Source: Haliotis cracherodii
Taxonomy: Eukaryota
Assembly (NCBI RefSeq): GCF_022045235.1
Contig: NW_027266274.1
Location: forward strand, 4,340,001 to 4,404,000
Reading direction: 5' to 3'
DNA: 64,000 bases
Part shown: piece after piece, positions 1 to 13,380 of the stretch
Layout: each line of letters starts with the position of its first letter
Position numbering within the stretch: the stretch's first letter is position 1
Notes under the pieces: model-generated
Seen by the model: only the letters and a program-made list of their open reading frames with translations
The model's database searches: none
Told to the model about the DNA's origin: nothing
Program-made: the position numbers and the translations under genes

Positions 1-720
1 CGTCATCTTCACATGTCATGGACGTCGCCATTTTGATTTTAGTACGCTATGTCACGTGACCGATATCGTGGGGGAAACCCCCAAGTCTATTCATAGACAT
101 TGCCCACGCCAGCACGGGTCATGGAATGTGGCTTTCTGTTTTCTCACACAAAGCCTAAAAATAAATGTCATATTAACGAACTTATTTTCCCATATTAAAC
201 ACGAATCAGACAATCAGAACACAGCAACAATCGTTGCATGTTAAGCGACTTGACTGATAATCAGATTAATTCATATATATAATAACCAACGAAAGGTCTG
301 AGATTGTTTTTGTATGAACTCTAGACTAACACCTCGTCTCTGAAATGAACATATTTTACAGGCAAAACAGTTCTTAAATTATCTTAATAAAATATAATAA
401 GCAGTAGCCCAGAGACTCTTCATTATCCGTAATTTAGACTTGCCAAATATGATAGACTTGCATGGGCTAATTTGGATACATTTGTTAGAGATCTTGTATG
501 ACAGACTATATCTAGCTCAACAATATAAGTTTTTATCGAATGTTTCCTCTATGTTGGATAAATGTATCACAAAGAAAATGATCGAGAGAGTTGTACTAGG
601 CTCGGCCAAATTGAAAATCTAAGCAAGATTAATTGAACTTGTCAACACTCAACTGTGTCACTCAAATGTTAACTTGCATATGAATCTAACACCGATGTTT
701 CAGTTTCGCATAATGCATCA

Positions 721-825
721 GTGAGTGAGTGAGTGAGTGAGTGAGTGAGGAACGGAGTGAGGGAGTGAGTGAATGTGTTTTAACAACGCTTTGTGAACGC
801 CATTCCAGTTATATCATGGCGTCAC
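721..825 (-). mobile_element. SINE 3' tail remnant with (GAGT)n microsatellite
   Basis: (GTGA)n run followed by a degenerate reverse complement of the ctggaatattgct...gcgttaaa tail shared by other SINE copies in the window. Confidence 0.55.
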
Positions 826-985
826 CTATGATTATTCGGCAGTGTGGGGTCGCCAGATTTGGATATTGTTACACTGAAAAATAATTCTTTGTTTGCGTTT
901 ATTTATACCTTTCAAAAGAGGATTGACCGATTAACTATAGTAATATAAAATAATAGATGTTCTTTAACTTCTTTTGAGTGGTATA

Positions 986-1745
986 CTATTTCCCATGATA
1001 GTCAGTGATGCACAGGAACCATTTCCCTTGATAGTCAGTGATACACAGGAACTATTTCCCATGATAGTCAGTGATGTAAGGAACTATTTCCCTTGATTGT
1101 CAGTGATACACAGGAACTATTTCCCTTGATTGTCAGTGATACACAGGAACTATTTCCCATGATTGTCAGTGATACACAGGAACTATTTCCCATGATAGTC
1201 AGTGCTACACAGGAACTATTTCCCATGATAGTCAGTGATACACAGGAACTATTTCCCATGATAGTCAGTGATACACAGGAACTATTTCCCATGATAGTCA
1301 GTGATACACAGGAACTATTTCCCATGATTGTCAGTGATACACAGGAACTATTTCCCATGATTGTCAGTGATACACAGGAACTATTTCCCATGATAGTCAG
1401 TGCTACACAGGAACTATTTCCCATGATAGTCAGTGATACACAGGAACTATTTCCCATGATAGTCAGTGATACACAGGAACTATTTCCCATGATAGTCAGT
1501 GATACACAGGAACTATTTCCCATGATAGTTAGTGATGCAAGGGAACTAATTCCCATGATAGTCAGTGATACACAGGAACTATTTCCCATGATAGTCAGTG
1601 ATACACAGGAACTATTTCCCATGATAGTCAGTGATACACAGGAACTATTTCTAATGATAGTCAGTGATACACAGGAACTATATCTAATGATAGTCAGTGA
1701 TACACAGGAACTATTTCCCATGACAGTCAGTGATGCACGGGTACT
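986..1745. repeat. 33-bp minisatellite, about 23 copies
   Basis: Unit ctatttcccatgatagtcagtgatacacaggaa; explains ORFs 1068-1721 and 1093-1764. Confidence 0.95.
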
Positions 1746-2260
1746 AATTTCCGTAAATTCTTAATTTAACTGTAAATTCGCGTCACATAGAGCGCTTCTT
1801 TTCTATTAACATAACTTTGCCCAGCGAGTGACTTGAATATTAAAATACACTGTTAATCAACAGTGCGGGTTCCACTACCTATGAATAATGAAAACAGCGG
1901 TTGGAATGATTTGATACAGTAGGATGAAAATGCTAGTTGGGGAATGGTATGTATGTTGTCTTGGTTTTCCGCTTTTGTTTTTGACATTTTTGTTTTTGTT
2001 TTTGACATATTCATTTTAGTTTTTGACATTTTCGCTTCACATTTCAGCGATTCAATAGCTACTTGAAAGTACATTTTCCATGTTTTCGGTTGTTTTTATA
2101 TATGATTTATCACATATTTGCATGACAAATTGTGTTAATTTTCAAAAAGGTTATGAAATATCAAAATATTGAAAAACAGACTCCATGTCCCTTATGGGCC
2201 ACCGTATAAACCACATCATTAATTGCATATTTCATGCATGTACTTGTACACACAGAAACA

Positions 2261-5200
2261 ATGGCTACAAGATGGGGATTCTGCGGTGCGGGGAGAATAT
2301 GCGAAGACTTTTGTGCAACCATGGTGACACTGCCACGCGAGGAACACAAGGTAGGTTCATATTTCTACAAAAGAATCCACTTTCAGAACCATGTTCTGGC
2401 TTTCATTCCTGTTCCTGCCTCGTGTTTCACGGCACACGTATAACATCGCGCCCATATAGCTGGACAGTGGAGCAGACGACAGTCTCTTTGAAATCTACAA
2501 AACACTTTTCCCATTACGTAAGACATCTCTTTTACAAAAACAACATTACTTTAAGAGAATAATCCCACATGGAGTATATGTAGGGCTTCCATGCTCCATG
2601 CTCCAAGCTCCAAGCTCCAAGCTCCACTTTACACCGAGGTAAGCAGGTAACAATTACTGGTGCACTCAACTTATCTCATCACCGTGTATGCCGTCTAACA
2701 ATAGGGAGGTTACCTTGTGTACCTATATTTCATGACATATCTTTATTTACTGTTAGAATGCAGCATCACTTAAACTATAGTCTACTGTTTAGAATAATGC
2801 ATGAACAAGGCGTTACATTTCGCATATTGTTAAAATGAGTCACATATATGGCTGTTGTGAGCTTGTGTGACACAATTTGATGTCACCTGAAACAGCATTA
2901 AAGCTTAATTATTTTAATAAAATGTCTATTCGTTGGTGTACAAATACCCAATAAACTGAAATCAAGAAAGTAATATTATTTTGAATATTGCTATCAATAC
3001 GCAATGTGAATGATAACGTGAATAAATATTATCTGGAGCCTTTGGACCCAGTGTTTGTTGGAGACGAGAGTTAATATTTTCCCAGCGGCGTATGCTTTTT
3101 TCAGATTGGCTTTTGCATCAAGTATTTCAGTATTGTATCAAGTATCTCTTCTCGATGTTTCAAAAGCTTTAAGTGAACAGATCAATAGTCCCATTTCTAA
3201 TTCACTTCTCCCAAAAAATAATTCTTCTTAACTACACACCATCCCGACCTGGTCCGCTTATGTGACGGTCTTGTGTTGGCAGCTGATGGCTATCGCCGAT
3301 ACATTCAATGACAATGCAGAACTGTATGCCCAGAAATTCAACATTGAGAAGGTTTACGAGTCGTACGAGGATATGGCCGACGACCCCGACATCGGTGAGG
3401 TCACGTAAATGACTTATAGATACATTCGGATGTGGATGTACGGTTAGGGTTAACACTGGATGAATAGATATCGGTAGATGTAGATGTAGACATGGACGTG
3501 AATGTTGATGAAGAGGTGGATGTGGTGTTGATGTGGCTGTTGATGTAGACGTGACTGCTGACGTTGCCGTAAACGTGTATATGAACCTGATGTGGGTGTG
3601 GGTGTGGATGAAACGATGCACGTGGACGTGGATGTAGATGAAGAGGTGAATGTGGGTGTTGATGTTGATGTTGATGTATACGTGAATGCTGACGTTGATG
3701 TAGACGTGTATATGAACCTGATGTGGGTGTGGATGTGGATGAGGATGTAGATGAAGATGGGGATGAAGACTATATTTGGACGTATATCTATCTATAAGCA
3801 CATTTACATTCCTGTGTATATGTGAAATCATATTTTAATGTGACAATGTGTTTTGAGTTTTGAATATATTCTGAACCGCAACAGAAACGTCACCATGGAT
3901 AGATAAATGAGAAACCTTATTTGTCCAAACACTTTAAACATACTTTGAGACATATTTAAAAGATGAAACTTGGCAAAACTGATCATCAAGGTTGAAATTA
4001 AAATGTCAAATGCTCTTAAAGTGAAACAACACTAGTCTCTGAGAAAATGGCATCACAAGTCAGTATCTCCATGTGCAATGATGACTGCCGTGCAACGTCG
4101 ATACATGGAATGGATGAGGCGGTTGGTGAAGGCCATAGGCACCTGAGCCCACACTCTCAGAAACGCCTGACAGTTCAGCTGCAGTTTTCGGCCTTGGTGC
4201 TCAATGGGATTTAAATCGGGACTGATGCCATTCTGCTGGAGGAAGTCTCTTGTTGCTCTCACAGTGTGGGCACGGGCGTTATAATGCTGAAACTTGTGGT
4301 TGCGGCGACGCGCCAAATGAGGTATGGCGTGTGGTCTCAAGACTTGATCAATGTACCGAGCTGCTGTGACACCATTGCGTCTCCCTGGACCGATGTTCTG
4401 GAAGACCACAGGGCCGACCTTCTGTGCAAGACCAATTCCACCCCACACCATGATGCTTGGACCACCCCACGAGTCTCTCTCAACAACACAAGCATCCGGA
4501 TAACGTTCCACACGGCGTCGCCAGACTTTCTCTTTGCCATCTGCTGTTGAGATACAGAAACGGCTCTCGTCTGAGAAGAGGACTCTTCTCCACTGCTGAT
4601 GGCTCCAATGTTGGTGCTGTGTTGACAAGTGAAGACGTGGTGTAAGAATGGGCCCTCTGTGTGGCCTGCGACAGTGGAGGTGTCTGCTCGTCAATCGTTG
4701 ACGCACGGTGTCAGCACTAATGTGTCGCTGGTGTGTCCCCATGGTCTGTCGAGCAGTTTCCGCAGCAGTAACAAAGCGATCTTGAAGATGCTGTCGCACA
4801 ATCTGACAATCCTGACGTCGGGTGGTGACCCTTGGTTTTCCACTACGTGGTCGGTCATCTGTAGTGTTGGTGGTCTGGTACCGTTACTGGAGCCTGTATA
4901 TGGTCCTTATGTGGACTTGTAATGCATTGGCTACTTGCCGGGCGGTTTGCACAGCTTGAGATCGTCCAAGGGCCTGGTGTCGCTGATTTCTTGTCAATCT
5001 TGGCATGTGGTAGCAATTCAATAACGAATGAATGTTATCCGATCTGGGTGGATTTTTATAGGGCAAAAAATGGGAGAACGCGTGTGCATTTCAATTTGCA
5101 CGGAACTACGGAACGTGCATCAGGTTACCATGGCCGTTGTCGTGATGCGTTTGGGCGATCGGTTTTATTGTCATCTGCTTTGTTTTTTTTATCATCAAAT

Positions 5201-8200
5201 TTCATTTTCCCGGACGAAGGTAATGTTAAATTTTATACACTTTGACAAAAATTACCCAGATATTTAAATGACAACTCTTCATGCAATGTCACTTGGGGTG
5301 ACGTTTCTTTTGCGGTTCAGTATATCATAGCTATAGATGTATAGACATGGATTTAGATATATACATATATGATCGTTTTTGCTTTTTAAGGTGGTCCCAA
5401 ATATATATTTTGTCACAGACCTGATACTATGTCTATATAACACTGTCAAGTTGGCTGAAGACATCCATGGTTGTGTCATTCTAGATGTAGTGTATATTGC
5501 TACGATCAACCCTGACCATCATCGACTGTGTCTGATGTTCCTGAAGGCAGACAAGCACGTGCTGTGTGAGAAGCCAATGACCCTCACCTTGGCTGGTTGC
5601 GAGGAGATCCTGAAGGTTGCCAAGGAGAAGAAACTCTTCTTTATGGAGGTAAACATTCAGGGCGATTGAAAGCAGGAACACGTTTTGGCGGTCTTTCTAA
5701 GTTTGTTTGTTTGTTTGTTGTTTAACGCCGCACTCACCAATATTCAAGTTATTTGACGGTGGTCTGTAAATAATCGAGTCTGGAACATAATATCCAGTGA
5801 TTGATATCATGAGCATCGATCCACACAATTTGGATACGATGACATGTATCAACCAAGTCACCACCTGCTACGTTAGCCGAACTGGGATAATTGCTGCAAG
5901 AAGAGTGGACAAGACTCCCTCAAATTGTCATTGGGAGATTGATTCGGGCCATGCCGCGCCTATAAACGAATGTTTGACCAATCGTGGGGGCCTAGTCCAT
6001 TTTTGATAAAGACTCAAGCGTTCACTGTTTGACAAGACATCAATGTCGTCTTTCCTAGTTGCTTTCACACTTACAATACACCACCACCATTTTCTGTTGA
6101 TTGTGATGTTACACCTAGTCCTTCCTATTTCTAATCCACCCATTACCATCACTTGTTACATCTTTGTATTTCTGTAATCAGCTGTTATTTTCGAATACCC
6201 CTTACGCCTTTTGGAGAATATATAAGACGGCGGTGTGTAAATAACCGTCGGATTACAACCGTCTAGCTGCAGCGATATGAGCAACGATCCAATCGTCGGG
6301 GTACAAGGACACAGTAGCGTCCACATCACCGACCTTGGACACATGGTCGATTGCGTACGGCCAGTATAGGGAACTATTTTATCCAGAAACCCCTACGGTG
6401 GCATCATCAACATAATAATAAATATAACTGCAATAGCAATAATTATGATAATAACTTCCAGAACCCTTACATATATTCATATGGTTAAACATTGGACGAG
6501 GATCTCGCTATTTTCAACTCATCTTTAAACCGAATGTAATTAAACACGCATTATCATCAGCGATAAAGGACCGACCTTTTGATATTCTTGGGTGAAACAA
6601 CAAATTGCAATAATTTTTGTGGCAATTTAATATTTTCCCAACAATATGAAGCATAATAATATATTTCAAGAATTTCCGGGAACAATGGGTTTTTTTCAAA
6701 TATTTTTTGCGATAAAATCCCAGACCGAAAATCAAATGGTCGGCCCCTAAGGAGTGCTTTTATTCAACCCCTAGGGTGAGTGGTCGCGCTGCTTTCCCGT
6801 GTATGACCAAATAAGGAAGGAACTGGATTCTGGGAGTCTTGGAGACGTGAAGCTGATTCAAACATCCATCTGTATGTCAGGACCCCGTTGTGAGAGAGTC
6901 GAGAAGAGGGCGCTGGGAGGGGGAGGCCTCAAGGACATCGGGTGCTACACCATCCAGGCTGCACTTCTCGCCTTCAAAGAAATGCCGACTAAAATTGTAG
7001 CCGAAGTAGACATGGCTGACAACGGTGGTTAGTTCGAGGAACATCTTACTTTCAAATTCTTTATTTTGAATACCGATAATTTGATAGCTTCACTATGTAT
7101 TATGTATAAAATTCCATTTCTTGTTATTGTGCGTGCTTGGGTAGAGTTATACCCCGTTCACATGTGCCTCTATACATATGTGTGTATATGTGCATACGTG
7201 TGTAGAAATACATACGTGAGTATGCTTGTCACGTGAACGCGTTTACTCATGTGTGTATATTTACACCAGGAGCAAATTTGCATGTCTGGAGCACGTGCAA
7301 ATGTAAATGTAAATTTGCACTGCGTGTATATGTTCTAATTAATATCTGTTCTTTTGTCAACACCAAACAAATTGTCAACAGTTGCCAACTTTTATGCGTA
7401 TATACAGAGTTGAGCGGACGGTGTTTTCTTTTGGTTTCAAGGAGTCAAAACTTTATGTACAAATTAAATCAAACACATTTTTCGGTGAAGTAACTCTCTT
7501 CTCATTCAACTTTCAAAACAACCTGTTTTGTGTTGAAAGTCGTGAATGGACTGACGAATATGTGTGCCTTACTTAATGTACATGCTTTATTTACACACCT
7601 AAGATGCTTTTCATGTGAACGCATAGTAAATTTACATATACGCACGTATGCATAGTTACACATGTGTAAAATGGCTTACGTTAGTGAATGCTGTATATGT
7701 GAACGGGGTGTTAGTCGGTACTTTCGTAATGGCATTGTACTCAATAGTGTTACAGATGGGCCAGAGTGTAGTTTTGCGAGAAGTGAGGTGAGGGGAAATG
7801 GGGTTTAAACGTCGCGTCCAAGATGATTGCACTTATGTAACGAAGTGCATGCACGTGTGTGTGTGTGTGTGTGTGTGGTGTGTGTGTGTGTGTGTGTCTC
7901 CTTGTACTAGTCTGGACCAATGTCGATTTTATAGTGCTAGCCCACTGAGATACCATGCCGCTGTTTAACATGAATACCCCACTCAGACAGAGTATACCGA
8001 CTCCGAGCCGACCAGTCCTTGTTTTAGCCCCTTAATGCCGAGCGCCAGACGGTTAACGACAAGGATAACGTCTTTTGGTATGACGCGACGGGGATCGAAC
8101 CCGGACCTTCCGCTCTGCGGGCGGACGCTGTACCACTAGGCTACAGAGGCGGTGTAGTTATGCAAGAGCGTCGTCGATGTTTTATGGGAGAGCGGGTGAG

Positions 8201-11200
8201 GTTTAATGCCGGTGCTAGCACACATCCTCCTCCATTATAAAGTGTTTACACCTTCTTTCAATTACTATAAATACCCTGTACGCGTTCGCCACCATAACTT
8301 TGTTTTAAAATAGAATAAAGACGTCCAAATAAATCACCCAGAAATGCTGAGCTAAGTTAGGGAATGGATTCAGGGTATTTATCGTAATATAATGCACTGG
8401 TTAACCGAGGATGTTATGTGTAGCTACGTCTCTCGTATGATGCATGGTCTATTGACCATCCGATGATGCTGTTTGCAGTGGATGCCGGCGGGAGCGTCAT
8501 TCTGTGCTATCCCTGGGGTAAGATGGCGGTGCTGACATACCACACCCATATAACAGGGGCCGACAACAGCCTGCACATACTGGGCACACGAGGGAGCATA
8601 CACGTGGGTACAAGTGCCATGTTCCGCTGTCTATTGCCGGAAATCAGCTTGTTAAACGCCGCTTTCTGCAATATTCAAGTTATATACTACTCAAAGTTTG
8701 CTAAGGATCACGTTTTGATGATAACCAAAAAATATCCAAAAAATACAGATTTAAATATCCCGGTACACAATGATTAGGTAATTCCTACAGGACCTCAATT
8801 TCATGATGAACGGACAGAGTCATACAGTCGTGGAAATGTCTTCACTCAATTTCCTGTCTTTGGCTATTTCAGAAGATTCACACAATTTGACGTATTACTT
8901 TTTAAAGTGGTGATCCTGAGCGAACTTTGAAGAGTATATGAAAACAAATATATGTAAATAATCGAGTCTGGAAACGGCCCCTGTTTGATATGAGGAACGA
9001 TCCATGATCATTAAGTTGCCTCTTACGACCAGCGTAGGTTGCTGTGGACCAATTAGGACGTCAGTAGACAGACATCGTTCCCGTGAAGTTCCGGGTTAGA
9101 ATAGGTCTTCAGCAACCCACGCGTGTAGAAAGAGGCGGCCAACGGTATCGGGTGGTCAGGCTCGCTGAATTAGTTGATGCATGTCATCGTATCCCAGTTG
9201 TGTGGGTCGATGCTCATGATAGCAATCATTAGGATTATCTGGTCCAGACTCGGTTATTTACAGACAGCCGTCATATAACTGGATTATTGCTGAGTGTGGT
9301 GTTAAACAGATAACAAACAAACAAAACATCGTAGCACCACTATTTGTTTTCCGCGCACATCAGGCTGATATAACCGAAATACTGTTCAAAGCGGACTTAA
9401 ACCAAACGCACTCATTCACGTTGTTTCAGCACATTTACCACGTCTTTTGCCTATGTAAACACCTTCAGGTGGAGGCGCCATTCTGGATTCCAACTAAGGT
9501 TCGCACTCCGACCGGGGACTATGAGTTCCCTCTTCCTGACAGTGACTATCACTACAACTATGAGTATTCCTCGGGATTTGTATACGAACAGAATGCCGTC
9601 AGAGACTGTCTGAAGAAAGGTGAGTTAGCAGATGGTGAGGTTGTTTGTTGTTTTGCGCCGCAGTCAAGTATAGTACAACTATATCGAGAATTCATGGAAA
9701 TAATTGAATCTAAGCCAGACAATGTAGTTATTGATATTGTAAGTTACGATCATCACCGCTTGGAACGATGGCGTACACTTTAGGAGCCTGGTCAAGGGTC
9801 AAATGAAGGTCAACATTGAGCACCACTCCTAGCTACACATGTATAAAACCCCATTCCATTTGTAAACGGGCAAGCGAGCGATTGCCTTATATTGTTCCAG
9901 TAATATAAAGACATGACTTTAATGTAACATGTTTCTTAGTTGTTTAACATGGCACTCAGCAATATTCCCGCAATATCACTGCAGCCAGCAATATTCTGGG
10001 CCATACAAACCAGTGATTGATATAATCAGCAATGTCCACAACACCAGACTTCATGAAATGCAACCAAGTCGCTGAGACTGACCACCCGGTCCAATGTAGT
10101 CTCCTCTTACGAAAAGCACGGCATGCAGTTAAAGGCTGCATACAATTTTTTTTCTCCGGGACATTGTTCTCTAAAGCGGAAAGGGGGAAAAACGTTTCAA
10201 ATAAATTTTGTATAACACTTCAATGAACATAACTGGGCGCACACTGACCTGCGAACTTAACGCTGAGATGATATTAACCCCTATAACACAGGCTAAGGAT
10301 AGTCTTAGCGCTGAGATCGTTTTGTGCAAGTGGGCCCTGGTCTCTTTAATGCCTGGTTATTAATCATATCATTTTAGTGATAACAGAGAGCCTCAGGCCG
10401 TTTTGTCCTAGCGCGTTCATAATGTGCAAATAAGTATGAGTTTGAATATAGAATCAATGAATGTAGTCCATGAAATACATGTATACAAGATTATGGTTTG
10501 TGATCCTATTGGCTTCAATGTCATTTGTAAATATGTCTAATGTTGCGATTTTCATGGTGGTACGTAGGTATATATTTTAACGTTGTAAAATATGCTATGT
10601 TCCTATGCTTCACTGCAGTTGTACACGTCTACGGCCTGCCTCACTTTAAGCAAGTCCGTTATCCTATGTGAAGGATGAGTGTTAGAGACATGCACTTGTA
10701 TGTTTGACACGAGCACGCCTGTCTGTTTGAACTGTGCGTAACTGTATGTTGTGCGTACCTCTTTGTTTGAGTTGTGAGTAACTGTATGTTTGAAATGAGC
10801 GCGCCAGTCTGTTTGAGTTGTGCGTAACTGTATGTTGTGCGTACCTGTTTGTTTGAGCTGTGCGTACCTGTTTGTTTGAGTTGTGAGTAACCGTATGTTT
10901 GAAATGAACACGCATGTCTGTTTGAGTAACGCGTAACTGTATGTTGTGCGTACCTGTTTGTTTGAGTTGTGAGTAACCGTATGTTTAAAATGAACACGCC
11001 TGTCTGTTTGAACTGTGCGTAACTGTATGTTGTGCGTACCTGTCTGTTTGAGATGAGCACACCTGTATGTTTGAGTTGTGCGTAACTGTATGTTTGAGTT
11101 GTGCGTAACTGTACGTCTGAGTTGTGCGTAACTGTACGTTTGAGTTGTGCGTAACTGTATGTTTGAGTTGTGCGAACCTGTATGTTTCAGGGCTGACCGA

Positions 11201-11294
11201 GAACCCAGTGATCACCCACGCAGAGAGCAGAACAATCGCTGCCATATCGGACGAGATTCTCCGACAGTTTGGTATACAGTACGATTCCCCTTAG
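2261..11294 (+). CDS. DHDH: Trans-1,2-dihydrobenzene-1,2-diol dehydrogenase / D-xylose dehydrogenase-like (Gfo/Idh/MocA family), 7 exons, 332 aa
   Basis: Exons 2261-2350, 3283-3394, 5485-5648, 6775-7027, 8479-8603, 9469-9619, 11191-11294. All introns GT-AG and phase-consistent, total 999 nt. Motifs: MATRWGFCGAGRI Rossmann start, HVLCEKP, FFMEGEWSRCFP, GGGGLKDIGCY. Confidence 0.92.
3410..3785. repeat. Degenerate (GATGTR/GGATGT)n hexamer microsatellite in DHDH intron 2
   Basis: Visible gatgta/gatgtg/gatgtt runs; gives the His/Pro-rich artefact ORF 3232-3831. Confidence 0.8.
3869..5322 (-). mobile_element. Tc1/mariner (Tc1-like) DNA transposon, defective
   Basis: About 26-bp TIRs (ctgaaccgcaacagaaacgtcacc at left; ggtgacgtttcttttgcggttcag at right) flanked by TA; transposase remnants on the minus strand. 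Confidence 0.9.
4053..5006 (-). pseudogene. Tc1-like transposase pseudogene
   Basis: MPRLTRNQR HTH start, stop at 4884-4886, WRRVLFSDES, IMVWGGI, SPDLNPIEH. The second catalytic Asp reads as Tyr (FQHYNA rather than QDNA) and there are deletions. Confidence 0.85.
5701..5860 (-). mobile_element. SINE-like family A, 3' fragment
   Basis: Reverse complement of the family A body and (AAAC)n tail; matches 20173-20446. Confidence 0.8.
6566..6750. mobile_element. Short MITE, possibly PIF/Harbinger-type
   Basis: Imperfect TIRs aaggaccgaccttttgat / atcaaatggtcggcccct with TAA context; related ends at 45378-45634. Confidence 0.5.
7151..7709. mobile_element. MITE with ACCCCGTTCACAT terminal inverted repeats
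   Basis: accccgttcacat at 7151 and atgtgaacggggt ending 7709; internal palindromic motifs. Confidence 0.6.
7783..8153 (-). mobile_element. tRNA-derived SINE with Meta/MESC-like central domain (family C)
   Basis: Minus-strand A box TAGCCTAGTGG and B box GGTTCGATCC; central gactggtcggctcggagtc...cagtgggctagcactataaa; degenerate 16-bp TSD gtgtagttWtgcRaga (7766-7781 / 8152-8167); second copy at 12016-12335. Confidence 0.8.
9080..9325 (+). mobile_element. SINE-like family A, near full length
   Basis: cccgtgaag...gaataggtcttcagcaaccc...ggtccagactc...attgctgagtgtggtgttaaac(aaac)n. Confidence 0.85.
9870..10112 (-). repeat. Diverged family A SINE plus flank, inverted copy of 53920-54170
   Basis: Shares a private internal duplication and the 3' flank with the copy at 53.9-54.2 kb. 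Confidence 0.8.
10695..11190. repeat. About 23-bp degenerate minisatellite ending at the DHDH exon 7 acceptor
   Basis: Unit tgtttgagttgtgcgtaactgta; the last unit ends in tgtttcag. Confidence 0.9.
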
Positions 11295-12015
11295 TATTGT
11301 ATGTTCGCGGGATCATCGTTGAGAATCTTCTCAGCAATGCATTAAACAACCTTGACACAAGCTTTGCAGTCACGTGATTAGCCATCCTTACTTCTGGGAT
11401 GACGGTCTGGATACATGGACATTTTCACCTAAGTGTCTACACCAGGAAAAGCTTTCTGATAAGTTTGCTCCACGGTGGATTGAGTGAATGCTGAATTACC
11501 TTTTTGTCTGGGAGGAATTAATATCTTATTAATTGTAATCATTCATGTTAGTAAAACAGATATACGTCGAAACACGAGGGTAGAGATACTTTTTCACCAA
11601 CCCTTAGGATAAATTGTCTTTAGTCGTTCAAGTTTAGCTATATTTACATAATGCTTATCTATCCAAATGTTATGTTATCTAGCATACTGATTCAAAATAT
11701 TAGATACAGGTTGCAATGATAAAATCGTGTTGTGTTTTTTTTTTCTGTAGTATGGACTAAACATAATACGCTGCATTTACTATTGAAGCACAGCCACGTG
11801 TCAACACTGACAGATAACGCAAGTCAGATATGATACATGGTCAGAGGCAGAGCCACTCTTGTCCAATGAGAGATCGCCATTAGACCACGTGGGGTATATT
11901 TCATCCCGATAAAATAATATTATGCTCTCAGTGCATTAAAAGGTACGTGTTTCATGTGCATTACATGCAAAGCGTAACATTGGGCTCACTGTGGAACACA
12001 AACACGCCAACTTAA

Positions 12016-12335
12016 GAGGTGAGGTGAAATGGGGTTTAACGTCGCGTCCAAGATTATTGCACTTATATAGCGACGTGCATGTACGTGTGTGTGTGTGTCT
12101 GCTTGAAATAGTCCGGACTGATGCCGATTTATAGTGCTAGCCCACTGAGATCCCATGCCGCAGTTGAACATGAATACCCCACTCAGACACAGTATACTGA
12201 CTCCGAGCCGACCATGCTGTCCGTGTAACCCCTAAATGCCGAGCGCCGGACAGGGTAACAACAAGAACCATCTTTTAACGATCGAACCCCGGACCTCTCT
12301 GGGCGGAGGCTCCAACACTAGACCACGGTGGCGGA
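12016..12335 (-). mobile_element. tRNA-derived SINE family C, second copy
   Basis: Colinear with 7783-8153, with internal deletions. Confidence 0.8.
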
Positions 12336-12400
12336 GTAGGAGATATTCATTTAACATCATATTATATTTACACGTTTGTACATATATAGGCATACTTAAA

Positions 12401-12403
<3 letters not shown>

Positions 12404-12449
<46 letters not shown>

Positions 12450-12456
12450 ACACACC
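12404..12456. repeat. Poly-C (32 nt) followed by (CA)n
   Basis: Seen directly. Confidence 0.95.
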
Positions 12457-13380
12457 CCTTCCCTCTCCCTCGCTCCACAACCACCCTTTTTCATTCAGTA
12501 CTTTCGTGAGCAGTTTGCTGCAGATCCGTGTGGGTAGGTATTAGGGTTGTGCGAAATGTGATCACATGGCGCCAATGGAGAGATTCTTCCCTTCCCTCAA
12601 CATTATAGACCATAAAGCTTATTATCCATACGAGAGAATTATTGGAGAGGCTTGTTTTGAAATATTTACACAACCATTTTCATAGAAATCAGCTTATATA
12701 TACTGATGGAAACGAATGAGGGAACAATGAAAATATAAAGGGCAATAAGCTTTTCTGTCAGTACCTTTGAAATACGAGCCTACATTTTCAACACGTCAGA
12801 ATGAAATGTTGAGATGTGTTTGTGTGCATTGTTTCCCACGTGTATTTGGTAGACGCGGCTGGGAACCCATGAAAGCATATCATGTTACTGTGTCTAAAAC
12901 TAAATGTTCTCTTATTCATATATCACTTGTATTCCATGTATTTTTATAAATTAAAAACTTTTGCACTTTATATGCAGTTTATTTATTACAATGTTGTCCG
13001 CTGTGTTTATGGAAGGCGTCGTAAGTTGGTTTTAATGTCACTAAAAAAGGAATATGCATAAAACAAGTGTGCACATTAGAATTCATATACCGAACTGAAA
13101 ATGGTGATAAATATAAGTGTGTTATTTATTCATACCATAACAATACCATGGCCCCAGAACGAATGTATAAACACACACACAAACACCCCTACACCCCCAC
13201 CACACACACACACACCACCGTTTGAGGGTCTGTGACTTCACAGCGGTAAGAAAGTCAATCATATAAAAAAAAAAAACGTGGACCAAAAACACGAATCAAC
13301 ATTCAAGATTACATATAGTTGAGTACTCTTATACAATGTAGCAAGTTGTTGCATGAGAAACGTAGCTTCTACAGACTATA

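Noticed and set aside
1068-1764. 217-aa and 223-aa repeat ORFs, or a CRISPR-like array
   Set aside because: Head-to-tail 33-bp repeat with no unique spacers and no cas genes; eukaryotic context
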